64,000 bases of DNA, taken from assembly GCA_020137815.1 (NCBI GenBank), contig CM035360.1:5952001-6016000 (forward strand). Direction: 5' to 3'. Both the position numbers and the translations under genes were made by a program. The stretch comes from Hormiphora californensis (Eukaryota > Animalia > Ctenophora). Below, piece after piece: positions 24,673 to 46,330 of this stretch (positions are counted from its first letter, which is position 1; each line of letters opens with the position of its first letter). The notes beneath the pieces were generated by a model. It did no database searches. It was not told the origin of the DNA and was given only the letters and a program-made list of their open reading frames with translations.

Positions 24673-25332
24673 ATCTCTCCCCTATCTCCCAGTGAACACG
24701 AGCTATTTGAGGAGCACCACAACCTGGAGAAGCGACTTGGTGAACTCCAGGCTCAGAGCTGTCCAGATAACAGTGTCATCAGGAAACTGGACAAGGAACG
24801 AAAATTGGTAAGTTATCGGGGGTAATAGACATGAGAGCTCTATTCCGTGATTTATTTCGAAAAGAGGCCCTGAATAATAATTAATAAACAGAACGAACTA
24901 TGTTGCTGATGGAAATGGCACATTGCCCAACTTGCTCCTTTATAAATATATCCATCTTCCTTAGGTAGTAGACCAGATAGATGCCAAGTATAACCCCTAC
25001 TTTGGGAGTGTGTTTAGAAAGGGTGGCCGTCTCTCCTCCTTCGCTAACCAGGTACATAGCACGATTGTAGAACTGCAGAGTGGACCAATACAGCCTCTTT
25101 AGTTTAGTGATTTCATACGATCTATAAAAACAATACTAACACCATTCCCCGTTCGCCCCTTACTAAAAACCCCATTCCCCAGATGGACCGCTATGCGGAC
25201 GTTTACTCGAGCAGCATAAACAACCTCCTAAACTACTCTCTAAAACATCAGTTCTGGAGTCCTCCCAAGCTGCTCCCTCATGAGGCCACAGTGGCCCAGG
25301 ACCACCAGGATAATATATTAGATGGACAGTAG
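19579..25332 (+). CDS. NT5C2: Cytosolic purine 5'-nucleotidase (cN-II / NT5C2-NT5DC family, HAD fold)
   Basis: [15 protein letters not shown] (motif I), [77 protein letters not shown]; about 11 exons. Confidence 0.9.
19879..19937. mobile_element. Short imperfect-TIR element (TTGCC...GAGGGTTAGAACATAACAA), family D
   Basis: 8-bp TSD cccggaac; related ends at ~14668-14712, 20742, 21591-21664, 26151-26243, 28981-29032, 33481, 58833-58892, 62757-62824. Confidence 0.65.
20810..23239. mobile_element. Composite nested transposon block in an NT5C2 intron
   Basis: Outer inverted ends gatat..G-run-caacg / cgttgg-C-run-tatatc; (aaaatatata)n arrays in opposite orientations; contains a family D copy and a TA-flanked MITE. 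Confidence 0.55.
21679..22533. mobile_element. Tc1/mariner(pogo)-type non-autonomous element
   Basis: TIR cagtcggaccccgatttaacggc / gccgttaaatcggggtccgactg, TA on both sides, repeated subterminal ccccgatttaacgg and internal inverted and direct repeats. Confidence 0.9.
24030..24114. mobile_element. Family B short TIR element inserted at a splice donor
   Basis: TSD ggtaaaat (24022-24029 / 24115-24122) contains the intron GT. Confidence 0.85.
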
Positions 25333-25991
25333 AATATCGAACTGGGTTACCATGGTAACTTACCTGGTAACTGTGTTACCATGGTGTGCTTGTGTTATTA
25401 GTTTCATGTGTAATACGAAGTGTTTAGGATGTGATAATATTAATTGCTCTGTTTTGAGAGTTTATGGTTGTGGTCCTTTGATGTTGGTTGGTGGTATACA
25501 TATGTGTAATACTCATCGGGAAATCCATTTTATGTGATATAAATATAATCATCGAGAGAATTAAAATATTTCTGTGTATTTGCCATTTTTTATATCGTTT
25601 GTATATTTAATGTCCATTGCTATATCACAATAGTAAATAGTTATCCACTATAAACAGTTAGTTTCTCAAATGTCAATATTTAATTTTGTTTCCAGACATA
25701 AACCTAGTGTTTGTCTAGTTTTAGCCAAATTCTTGTAACTTCAAAGAGGAACTTAAAGTATTGTGCGAAATATGAAACATTAATACGCCGCAAAATTTGC
25801 GCGTGAAAACAAAAGGCGCGCACCTATGCCTACGAATTTAAAAATACGAGAGACGTGAAGGTCACTTTTTCAAGATGGCCGTTTTTAAGAATTTCAACCA
25901 ACTTTAGAGTTTTGTGTGAGACAGATGATGCGGACGTTTGTTCATCGCTTACACGCTAACTAATTTAGTTTCCTATCTTTTAGGCAAAATA

Positions 25992-26535
25992 ATGGGTCCG
26001 ATGCCAAGGCAGCGTTACCCGTACTTCATGCAGTCCATGTGGGGTTCCTGGTGGCACGTTCCTGATCCCGTGAAACATAGGTGGTAAGTAGCCGCTGATT
26101 ATTTATTAGCTATCTACTACTCACTACTCAGTTCGTCTGATCACTGTTCCTTGCCTTGTTCGACCCTGTTTCACCACGCCACACACGGTTAAACAGGGAT
26201 TTAACATCGTTTACAAACGTAAAGTAGCGTTATAACATAACAAAATATTCTCTGTAGGGGCACTCTCAAGGCGTATACCGTAATTTTCGGAGGAGCTATC
26301 CTGCTGACCGAGTTCAGTAACTCGAAATTTCATGCACACATTTGACGAATACCCCTCTGAGGAGGTGAGAAGGACCTACCAGTTCCCCCTGCCCCTGCGA
26401 CAAAAATACAGGGAGATCTTTGGAGAGTTGGACCACGATGGAAAGTTTGTTGACCCCACTGAGTTTCATTTTGAGGCCAATAAAGATAAGGAGCTGCCCC
26501 TGTTGAGTGGTGATGATGGACACGGACACCACTGA
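25992..26535 (+). CDS. Small single-pass membrane protein of unknown family (two exons, one probable frameshift near 26330)
   Basis: Exon 25992-26083 MGPMPRQRYPYFMQSMWGSWWHVPDPVKHRW; exon from 26258 GTLKAYTVIFGGAILLTEF.., continuing in the frame of ORF 26332-26535. Confidence 0.6.
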
Positions 26536-26699
26536 AATGTTGAGAGAGATAAAGAAACAATTAGTTATTGTAACAATATTATGAGTTCTTTTTGTTCGAA
26601 CTTTCTGTTTTGTAGATCACTAAATTCAACCACTTCAGTTTCATTACTTCCCTCCCCTATTGACCTCCTAATTACCTCCTAACTACTTTTAGTCCTCTA

Positions 26700-28519
26700 A
26701 TGACACTGTCGTTCGAGTTCGATATCCCACAACGATATGAATTCAACTGCGATGATTTTGGTTACGTTGATAGGTAGGCTGCACTCGAAATAAATTAATT
26801 CCCCCTTCGCCACTATGTTGAACATGAAGTTTTAATTTTATTATTTATGGACGTAACATTTGATATTTGTTTCTTATTTTCAGTGAGGAGAATGAGAAGT
26901 GGTTTCAGTCCATCCACCCGCACCTCCAGACCCCGAAATGGATGATCGAGGCTGATGAACGTCGTGAGAAACAATCTGCCGATGACGGAGATGATTTCCT
27001 TACATCGGTCCAGAAAACCCCGACAGTCCGACCTAGGAAGAGTGTCTGTACTGCATCAGAGAGGGTGGACTTGAAGCGGACCAAGTTGGTGTTTGATGAT
27101 GAGATGATAGAGGACGAGGTTGATAAGATGCTGAGGGAACATAATGAACGTATCCTGAAACAACAACATGAACAAGCTACTAACAAGAAACCAGCCAGTG
27201 TTCCAGCAGTTACCACTGAAACTGCAGTACCCCCTATCAAGAAACCTAACAAGAGAGTCAGTTGCCTACCATTACTGGCAGCAGCCAAGAAGAATTCCAA
27301 ATTCAGACTTATCTCACCCCAGGAGGACAAACAGTCTGTTATTTCTGAACTGGATGAGGAGCCAAAACAACCTGTCGTTGATACCTGCAAGACTACCCCT
27401 AAAACAACAGAAGAGAAGAGTAGAGGAGTGAATTCTCGAAAGGTTCCTGTGCCTGTGAAACTTGTTGGTGCAGAGAAAGGAAAAGCAGGGGCAGATAACT
27501 TAGTAGCGAAGGCAGATAAAGCATCAGCCTCTATCAAGGTTGATAAAGCCCCTATAATCAAGGCAGATAAAGCCCCTACCAAAGTGGATAAAGGGGTACC
27601 ATGTAAGGCTGAGAAGGAGAACACCAAACCAGCCAAGAAACCTCCCCCAACAGGGGCAGCCCTGAAAAACAAAGTCCCACGGAGAAGTGTTCTGCCCAGT
27701 AAACCTCCCCTCACCACATCTCGTGCTGGAGGTCCGGCCAAGAAACCAATTGCTGCTCCACCTCCAACAACACGACCACAAGCTCCCCCATCCCGTCGAG
27801 TCTCCTCAGCACCTCCCACCCGACCACCTTTCAGAGGTGGCAGCGCTCCCCCAGTTCGGCCATCATCAGCTCGTTTGGGACGGCCTGGTAGCGGGGTTAG
27901 ACCTGCTGGTCCTCCACAACCAGCCAAACAGACAACACGGGGTACTGTTACTAAAACAGCAGCTCCCACTAATAAGACAGCAACATCATCTCGTACTGTA
28001 GGGAGTACAGCTGCCCAGAAATCAACCAGATCTAAGACGGGAACTAAACCAGGTGTTCCTGATACTAAGGGGAAATCAGTTGTACCGGGTAAATCATCCC
28101 AGCCTGCTACCACAAACAACACAAAGAGACAGACGAGGCAGGGCAGCGAGGCAGTAATGCGGCCAGTACGACCCAAGACACTCCGAGAAAGCCAGGCATT
28201 CTCAGTAAATAGTCGAACAATGGCAATAATCAACGAGGCTCCTCCCTCATCGCTAGTTCGAGCTAAACCACGCCACTCAATCGAGACACCCTCTCCTATA
28301 CGGAGTTTTAGCCGCTATGATGAGAAGGACCCTGAAGCTGTAGCTATTGATGAGGATCAATACGAGACTGTTGGAATGAATAACAATGATGACGATGATG
28401 ATGACTTTGACCCATATCTGGACGAGATGTTACGAGCTCACAATAAAAAAGTTCTCGAAAGGGAGAGGGCACGCCATAGGATTCCAGGAAACCAAAGAGG
28501 AGAAGGAGAGGGTAGTTAG
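26700..28519 (+). CDS. Basic low-complexity protein with a TPX2-like Aurora-A-binding N-terminus
   Basis: Exon 26700-26773 MTLSFEFDIPQRYEFNCDDFGYVDS joins 26884 EENEKWF..; pattern resembles TPX2 Y-x-Y/F-D-A-P...F...WF; long K/P/T/S-rich body. Confidence 0.65.
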
Positions 28520-28864
28520 AAGAGGAGGACGAGGGGAATAAAATAAAGAGAGTTTTAAGAGAGTTATTTATGCGTGCCACATTGAGGAGAGAGTTAGCGA
28601 ATAGAAAGAGGGGGAGAAGAGAAAATATGCAAGAGTGAGAAAAAAAGAGTGAGTTCAAGTGAGTTCAAGTGAGTTTAAGTAAAGAAAGAGAGTGAGTTGA
28701 CATGACAAGAGTCGTGTTTTTTATTATGTGCTTTAATATTTTGTAAATTGTAATATTTTGTCGAGACATTCGAGCGTGTTTTACTTTGAATTATGGTTTA
28801 TTTCATCACCTGTTTCACCACATCTCTATATTAGTTGAGATAAATTGTGATGATAATGATGTAA

Positions 28865-31800
28865 ATGATGCATGCTGTGCGGCCCAGGACCAGAGCACCG
28901 AAGAGGAAGTTTGATAGGGATGCAGAGAGGACCAAAGCATTCACCCCACCTGACTGGTAAGAGAGAAGTTGTCATTTCTGTTGCCTTGTCGGACCCTCTC
29001 TTACAAATTCAAAGGAGGGTTAGAATATAACAAAAAGTTATGTACTGGGAGTTTTAAAATGTTGGTTTATCGGGCTAATAGTAGAGTCGATAACTACATC
29101 GACCTCTCCCAATTGTTCCAGTTTTTGTCACATCTGTTTGGAGCCTCGACACGACCTCTAAACAGATGTTACTTTTTCACAAACTGTTTTCATCTTGGCG
29201 TAATCAGCAGTTGAAATGTTGCTGATCATAACAAAAACCTGACTAAATTTTTTCAACTTGGGGCAAAACCATGGGTGTCAAAAGTTAGCTCTAGGTCCCC
29301 TGAGTAACCATCCGGAGACTCCAAGAGATATTTCAAGCCGTTCTCCTGTAATCATTAATCCCGGTAGAGCACATATTTGAGTATGGACGTACGTGCAATT
29401 GCCTACAACCTCAACTTTAATGTATAACGTTAATGTGCGTCTCTCTCTTTTCTCCCCCTTGAGAAAGAGTTATCTCGCGCGGCGCAGCCGCACGTGCGGT
29501 TTTTCCAGAGAGAGTGAGAGAGATACAATAACATGTAAACAGCCTGCCAGCGCTCACGTACGTCCGCATTGTATTTTTTTCTCCACCGGGATTAATGATT
29601 ACGGGAGAACGGCTTGAAATATCTCTTGGAGTCTCCGGATGGTTACTCAGGGGACCTAGAGCTAACTTTTGACACCCATGGTTTTGCCCCAAGTTGAAAA
29701 AATTTAGTCAGGTTTTTGTTATGATCAGCAACATTTCAACTGCTGATTACACCAAGATGAAAACAGTTTGTGAAAAAGTAACACCTGTTTAGAGGGGGGG
29801 GGTGACACGTAACACTTTGTAACACTTTGTAACATGTGCAGAAAACTTTTTGTGCACGTTACATGTTACAAAGTGTTACAAAGTGTTACAAAGTGTTACA
29901 AAGTGTTACAAAATGTTACAAAATGTTACAAAGTGTTACAAAATGTTACAAAATGGGCATTTTTTGTAACTTTTTGCAACATTTTGCAACATTTTGTAAC
30001 ACTTTGTAACACTTTGTAACACTTTGTAACACATGTAACACTTTGTAACATGTGCAGAAAATATTTTGTGCACGTTACATGTTACAAAGTGTTACGTGTC
30101 ACCCCCCCCCCCTTAGAGGTCGTGTCGAGGCTCCAAACAGATGTGACAAAAACTGGAACAATTGGGAGAGGTCGATGTAGTTATCGACTCTACTATAAAA
30201 GTTATGAAAATATACTTTTTAACTAACTTTCTTCCTTTTTATCCAGGGTTGGTAAGCCTCCTGCTGGGCTCCATTTAGACGTCATAAAGAATGATAAACT
30301 GATTGAGAAGAAGATGATAGATGAAAAGCCATACTACCTGTTTGGTAATTGTTTAGCAGAAACTCAATACAACTCTAGTTCCCATAGATGTATCTTTTAT
30401 GCAATCAATCAAACAATCAAGTGAATCGTAGATAAATCACAGTTGTGGACTAAATAACAGCCCCTGTGAAAGTTATACAACAAATAATACTAACTATTTC
30501 AGGTAGAAACGCGGATGTGGTTGATATCACGATAGACCACGCCTCAGCTAGTCGATACCACGCTGCCCTTGTCTACCACAAAGTCCTCAAACGATCCTTT
30601 ATCATCGACTTAAACAGCAGTATGTAACATGAACTGTGTATGTTGTTCAGCTGTTGTTGAATTGTTTGGGGGTTACTCTCACCTGAATTTGATCTGGGAT
30701 AATCGATTGTTTCGGTAATGGTCCACTATATCCCTCTCCCTCTGAGACACTCCCTCTCCCCAGCTCACGGTTCATTTATTGGAACTATCCGGCTAGATGG
30801 GACCACCCCTAAACAACTCCTAGTGGACCAATCCTTCCATTTCGGGGCATCCAGTAGGGCCTTCACTCTGAGAGAGAGACCCCAGGGAACACATGTCTAC
30901 TCAATTCAAGGAGAGAACAAGCAGCTTCAGGAACTTTTAGGTAAGCTGTTTTAGGGATTTTGTATACAATTTAGCATGGAATAGCCATTAGGGTGTGATA
31001 TATGATACTGTGATTCTATTCCAACGGCTACGGGCTATAAAAACTCACGAATCAATTTGTATTTAAAAAACCGACGGGTTTTACCAAAAGTGTAAAAGGA
31101 TAACTTTCTGACACACCTCGTTACACACCAGGCATAGAGAACGAGAAAGAGCTGGACGACTTGACAGAGTTCAACACAACCCACAACAAGAGAGTTGTCA
31201 TAGCAACAGCTGGGGATAAAACAGAACAACGCCGATCTAGTTCGGGGTCCAACAGGATCTCATTTACAGATGATCCCCTTGTTATAAATCCTGAGGATAT
31301 AGATCCGACTATTGGGAGGTTCAGAAACATGATATCTTCCAGTATCATCACCCCTAACACGGTATGTGAGATGTGTGGATATTGGTAAAAATTAGCTGTG
31401 AATTGTGTGGATATTGGTAAACATTAGCTGTGAGCTGGAACAATGTGCTTGTTATTGTGGACTGGCCCTACTCAATTAACAGGAGGAAAGAGTTCCGAGT
31501 TTCGAGTAAATTACCTTATTCTAGTTCTGAAATTATTAATCTCTCTTGTTAGCCTGGGGATGGTACGAACACTCTGTATGACAGTAAAAGGAAAGCGGAG
31601 ACAGCCCGTGACAACAGTCTCTATAGCAACCTACCACCACTAACATCGCCAACAAAGACAAAAACTAGGTAACATCTCCTAACCGGTACTAAACAGCTGA
31701 TAAAGTCCTCTGGAGCGATAATGTTCTCATATCTCAATCACTTCTAACATCCAATTATATGTATTAGATCTGAATGACTTGTTTTCAGTTATTTACCCCG

Positions 31801-32129
31801 GGTTAATGCAGCCCCTGAGCCGGTTGATTTGGCGGCTATTGTTCCACAACCTGTACCCGAGCCTCTAAAACAAGGTGTGTATGTCTCCACTCTCACATAC
31901 CTTTACACAATTCCAACTCTAACATACCTACATATTCCATTTTTTGTACTTTTCCAGTTCTGTGTTTTTGGCTTTTGCGGACCCCGAAACAAGTTCCACT
32001 TACCCCTCCTAAAATTTGTTCTAACTTGTATTGTTTTCAGAATCAGAAGATTTGGAGCCAAAACGAAAGAAGTACGCGAAGGAAAGCTGGCCTGGTCGAA
32101 AACCAGAGACCAAAATTGCGCTTTTTTAA
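28865..32129 (+). CDS. PPP1R8: Nuclear inhibitor of protein phosphatase 1 (NIPP1), FHA domain
   Basis: PPDWVGKPPAGLHLDVIKNDKLIEK..YYLFGRN, DHASASRYHAALVYH, HGSFIG, ELDDLTEFNTTHNKR, RISF PP1-docking motif, INPEDIDPTIGRFRNMI, KKYAKESWPG. Confidence 0.96.
29079..30195. mobile_element. Foldback element with ~290-bp TIRs (TAG termini, TAA TSD; Academ- or Harbinger-like)
   Basis: 29079-29369 is inverted at 29581-29792 plus 30114-30195; taa on both flanks. Confidence 0.85.
29793..30113. mobile_element. MITE nested in the right TIR of the foldback element
   Basis: TIR aggggggggtgacacgtaacactttgtaaca; internal 10-bp tandem (acactttgta)n in both orientations; 3-bp duplication tag; the left TIR shows the empty site. 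Confidence 0.85.
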
Positions 32130-32337
32130 AATCGATGCCTTTGACGAAAGAGACACTATATTTTACCCCACAATGTTGTTATCTTGATCTATTTATACAC
32201 ACAAGTTCTGGTTTCCCGCCATTAATCATATATGCCTTGTTAATTGGTCTTCCCTTCCTAAATCGTTAATTGGTTTCTGCAATCTAAATGCATACTTCTC
32301 CCTACTATGCATTTGATCTTTTTCAAAGGTTTTCGAA

Positions 32338-33691
32338 ATGACTAAGCTGAGGATATTGTGTCTCCACGGTTATAGACAAGGTGAATGATAGTTTTAGGGA
32401 GAAAACGGGCGGACTCCGAAAAGCTTTGAAATCCCTTGCAGAATTTGGTAGGTTATGATCCAATGATGTTTCCTCCACCTTTTCTAATTGACTGATAACT
32501 AACTTATCGCTCTATCATCTACATGTTCGTCCATTGGCCATTTCCCCATTATATTTCTATAGCCAGTATTCCCAAATCCCCTTCTAACCCAATATCCCCC
32601 AGAGTTTGTGAAGGCACCCCACGCTGTGCACGGGGAAGAAGGCAGCTTCAGTTGGTTTTATAGTAACCCCTCCACACACGATCTCCAAACATACAACTGC
32701 CTCGATTACAGTTGTGAGGACCCCGGGTTTGATGAAAGTGTACAGTTTATCAGCTGATTATTTAAAAGAAAAGGTTTGTGGACTGTTATTTTGATTTGTC
32801 ATGTTGGTCTAAAATTTTCTGAGGGCTTTTGTTGTAAATGCCGATAAAACGGGATAAAAAACAACAGAAGGTCAGTTGGCCATCGTGCGTCACAATTTCT
32901 GTCGTGGCTCTTGAAATCCCTCCCACCATGCGCGTTTCTTATGAGAAAAGCAAAGCGGTTTTAGCGCGCACGTCTCTCAGCGAGATTTGAAGGTGAGATA
33001 TTCAAAATTCAAACATTGCACAGCTGCAGGAGCTTCTTCTCCTATCACTGATAACTGATTGAGTGATAACACATTCCATGTTTCAGGGCCCATTTGACGG
33101 AATACTGGCATTTAGCCAGGGATCATGTTTTGCTGCCTTGCTTTGCTCCATGAAGGACATTCCCAAGCCGAGATTTGTTATTCTGTTTGGCGGGTATAAA
33201 TCCCGGATATCCAAACATGACAAGTACTATGAGAATGTTCTACAGACTCCTAGTCTACATGTCTATGGCATGGGAGACAATGTCATTTCACCGGGTATGT
33301 GATGTTTGGTGGTGGGTGGGGGACTCGCTCAGATGACTTTCAATAATCATTTGAATTATGAATATATGATATTTGAATCTTGAATCTGTCACTTTTCCTG
33401 CCAGAGATGAGTGAGAAACTGACGACCTACTTCGCTGATCCCGTTATACTAGCACACAGTGGAGGTAAGGGAAATGTAAAGGAGGGTTAGAAGTTAGAAC
33501 ATTACAAAAGGGAAACTGGTTCACTTTGTTAGGATGGGGTTGAGTTTGAACCGTGGTTGTTAGTGTTTGTCAATTAGGACACTTTCTTTCACCCCTCTTT
33601 CTCCTAATTAGGACATTTTGTACCAACTACGGCTGAGGTCAGGAACAAGTGTAAGGAGTTCTTGAGAGCACAGCAACTTGAACCAAGTTAA
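32338..33691 (+). CDS. OVCA2: OVCA2/FSH1-family serine hydrolase (esterase)
   Basis: LRILCLHGYRQ..FREKTGGLRKALK, FVKAPH, GPFDGILAFSQG (nucleophile), PSLHVYGMGDNVI, HSGGHFVP; small indels near 32380 and 32755. Confidence 0.92.
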
Positions 33692-34265
33692 ACAGGTAAA
33701 TAATACACAGGGTAATACATAGCTGAAATGATTTGTTTAGTAACTCAGCAAGATATGATAGCGCTAAGGTCTCCAGAGAAACTTGTCTAAGAGATGAGAG
33801 ATCATGATTTTCTAACATCCTCCCTCTTTCAGATAATGGAGGAATCGTTTACTGCATACACGAGGTTAGGAGAACCATTCTTGTGGCAATTTCATGAAAA
33901 GTTCAAATCTATGTGTATAGCCCATTGCCCAATAATGGGAGTTGGACCTGTTAGTTGTTGATAGTGCGATTGTACAGCTGCTTTATCTTGGAATTGGGAA
34001 TCTAACTTGTTTAATTTCTTCCTATACTTTTTCATTCTCATTTCAATCTTCAATCACGGCCCCGATTTTCAGTCGGTAAACAACGATACGAATGGATATA
34101 CAGTATTTGCAGGGTTCCATATTTTAAAATCTTTAGCTATTGTTTCTGAAAAAGCTGTTCATTTATCCCATCTTTCTCTGTAAAAATTTCCATCTCAATA
34201 CCCGCTATCTGTTTCCATTTCAATCTGTCTCTTTCAATCCTTCTCTCTTCATCTCTACAACTATT

Positions 34266-34397
<132 letters not shown>

Positions 34398-35467
34398 GTC
34401 TCAATCTTCGTTCCATTTCAACTTCCACATATGAAGTCACAACGAAGAGCGCTGTCTCAGGGTCCAGTTTGCGCTCTAAACAAGACTGAAAATGTTTTAC
34501 GTCACGATCTTTCATCCAGGGTCCCCACACACGCAGGAAGAGGGGACCTCTCCCTTCACCCCCTGTCGACGTTGCTTACTTAGTAGCCTGGTCTTATCGT
34601 GTATTCGGGTGAAATATGATTGGAAGTGGTTGAGGGAGAGTGAGAGAGTGGGGGAGGAGAATAGAGAGTGAGACCTGAAGTAAAGAGAGCTTTAATTAAT
34701 ACTTGCATAGCAAAAAACAGCGTCCTATAACATGCAATCTCACAATGCCTCCCCTCAGATCACGAGATAATCTTTACCAGTTTACCATATCCATGTTCTG
34801 ATCGTAGCTTCCATTGTCAGGTTCCACCCTGAAATATCTCAGAGTCTCACTCTCTCCCCATCATATTAAGGCATTCACTACAACTGTTTCAGTAAACGTG
34901 GGACTTGTCACCCCATCGGTGTAATACCATCAGTATCTTTTGTCGTGCTCAATTCAAATAGAGAGCTGTCGTGATCCCGCTCTATCTAGTTCACCTTGGT
35001 CCCAATTAGAAACTCAGAGCAATAGTTTACACAAACAATTCCATCCCCATTTGTTTGTTTTAGTCTTTCTCTCGCAGATATATTTCTCTCTCTCTAGATA
35101 TCTGTCTGCAAAAGTTAGTATCTCGACCCCACATTTGTTTGTTGTTACACTGTGTGGATAGGCGGTAGGCCCCAGACTGTCCTCTTTTGTCGACTTGACA
35201 CTCAGCAAGTCCTCTCTTGGCCCCCACCCTACCCCCTAGAGTACTTTTTGTGTTATCCACTGTCGTATGATTGATTGGCAACATAAATTGAGAAACCGTT
35301 CAATATTTGTACTTATAATGTTATGTGCCAAATCACTAACAGTGAACCTTTATAATTGTGTTAGTTCCCGACCCAAATCACTAACCTAGTGAACCATTAT
35401 AATTGTGTTAGTTCCCTACCTGGGACGTTAGTCCAACCCTAGTGCCAGACACCCAACTAGTCACCCA

Positions 35468-44490
<9,023 letters not shown>

Positions 44491-45450
44491 TGACTTGTTA
44501 TACACAGAATTAAAGACTCGAACAAAACGGAGAACCCTCTGAATCTCTGATTTTCTTGTTGATTATTTTATAAAACGTTGAGCGAATAGTAGACTTAGCA
44601 CCAGTGCTGCAGCAAGAACAATTACGTTGCTTCAATCACTGTATACTGTATAACCCAGACTCGCTGACTATACACTGGAACTGCACTGTGTACTACACTG
44701 TAAACTGCACTGTACTCAATTGATTGTATTCTAGTGTTAGTAATTTCGATATTATACAAGAATCTGATCAATGAAATCATCGAATTCGAAATCTAATTAC
44801 ATTTATCAAACAGTTCCATCTTCATTTCAGTATTGAAGTAGTTGACTTTCTCAGCGTATTTCTATTGTTATATCCATATTGAAACTTATTCGTATTATTC
44901 GGGATTTTAATTCAAAATTGAACGGCTTTTACTTGGTGTTTTTACTTTTAGGAGAGAGGAGGCGGCTACTTTTAATATCTTACGCTGCAAAGTATACCGC
45001 GCGTCATAAGATTCTTTGTAAGCGCGCGTTCACAATCAAGCACATAAAAAATTGAAATTTAAAAAAACGGCAGAGGTTTTTTTTCTTGGCATGCGCTGCA
45101 GACCCCAAGTGCGCGCGTTTTCCACGGCTTCTAGCTTTAGGGCCTGTAGCATAGGCCAATTTTTTTTCTAAAACCAAAAAAAAATCTTAGGAAATTTGAA
45201 AAAGGCCGGCTATAAATTATAATAGCCATTAATGACTGGTTCCGATCTCTTATGGACGTTTTTCGTAACCAGTAATAACTGGTATTGATGTCACCTATAG
45301 TGACCTATAATTTTCTGCAGTTGGTCCGGACTCAGGCGACCGGTGTTGGTCACCGGACCTTGTCCTATGACCGATAGTGACCGATATAGTACAGGTTTCA
45401 ACTAAATGGTGTCTGGCAAAGCAGTTGTGATCGGTGGCTGTATGATTTAA

Positions 45451-46330
45451 CCCTTTGAGACCGATAGGGTCACCAGTGACCCCACGCTAATTATGCATCT
45501 AGCGTCTGTCCGAACTAAATCTAAGAAGTTTAAATGGTTTTCCGGGTTAGAATAGACACTTTTTGGCTGTTTTTGGGGTCATTTTAAGCTTTGAACATCT
45601 TAGTTTACTAGAAATGCCAACTCTAAGCCATAAAAGTTGAAATTTTGGTGTAAAGTTGGCCATATCTCTAAAACGGTATAAGTAAGCCAATAATGGACCT
45701 ACAAATCAAAAGAAAACCATAGGTTTTACCCCGGTATGAAGTTTCGTGATGATTTGATCAAATTTACAACGCTCAGAGGGCAAATAATGCCGGGGTCACC
45801 AGTGACCCTATCGTCCCCTAACGCTAATATAGAAATTTGGATTTTACGTGCATTTCTAAAGGATTGGCCACCGATAAAGGTCCAAAACGGCATTTTTCAA
45901 ACGGGTGCTAGCGACTAACCGACTCCCTCAGTGTTATCTATACATCTTAGAGAGTCGCTGAAAATTTTTTTGAGATTCGTGCTCCTTCATAAAAATTTCC
46001 ATCTCGGCCAATTTGAAATTCTAAAATCGGCTACAGATGAGATACAGAGGTCCATAGGGTGTGTAAAATGTGCAGAATGGCCGGGTTTATATAAGTGTTA
46101 TGAAGAAACATAGGGTCTAAGATGAGCGGTTTTCGAGTTATGAGGCAAAATAGCTACGAAATCTCAATTGTTTGCATTCCATTTGAGACCGATAGGGTCA
46201 CTGGTGACCCCACAGAAACAAAGTTCGTAGAGACGAGTTTTTTGGTTCTGCTTTCAAGTAGGCTTGTTAGGAGTGTCTCCAGCAATTTTCAGATATTTCT
46301 GTCGATGGCGCCACTATCGGTCCCAAAGGG
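45451..46330. mobile_element. piggyBac-type non-autonomous element
   Basis: TTAA on both flanks; TIR ccctttg(a/g)gaccgatag; internal repeats of gatagggtcac..gtgaccc. Confidence 0.9.

Noticed and set aside
26905-28233. Long antisense ORFs (26905-28233, 37501-38046, 11435-11893, 48398-48817)
   Set aside because: Shadows of real coding strands with biased codon use; no recognisable motifs.
29810-30100. CRISPR-like or coding repeat array
   Set aside because: 10-bp tandem units with no unique spacers, inside a MITE; eukaryotic context.
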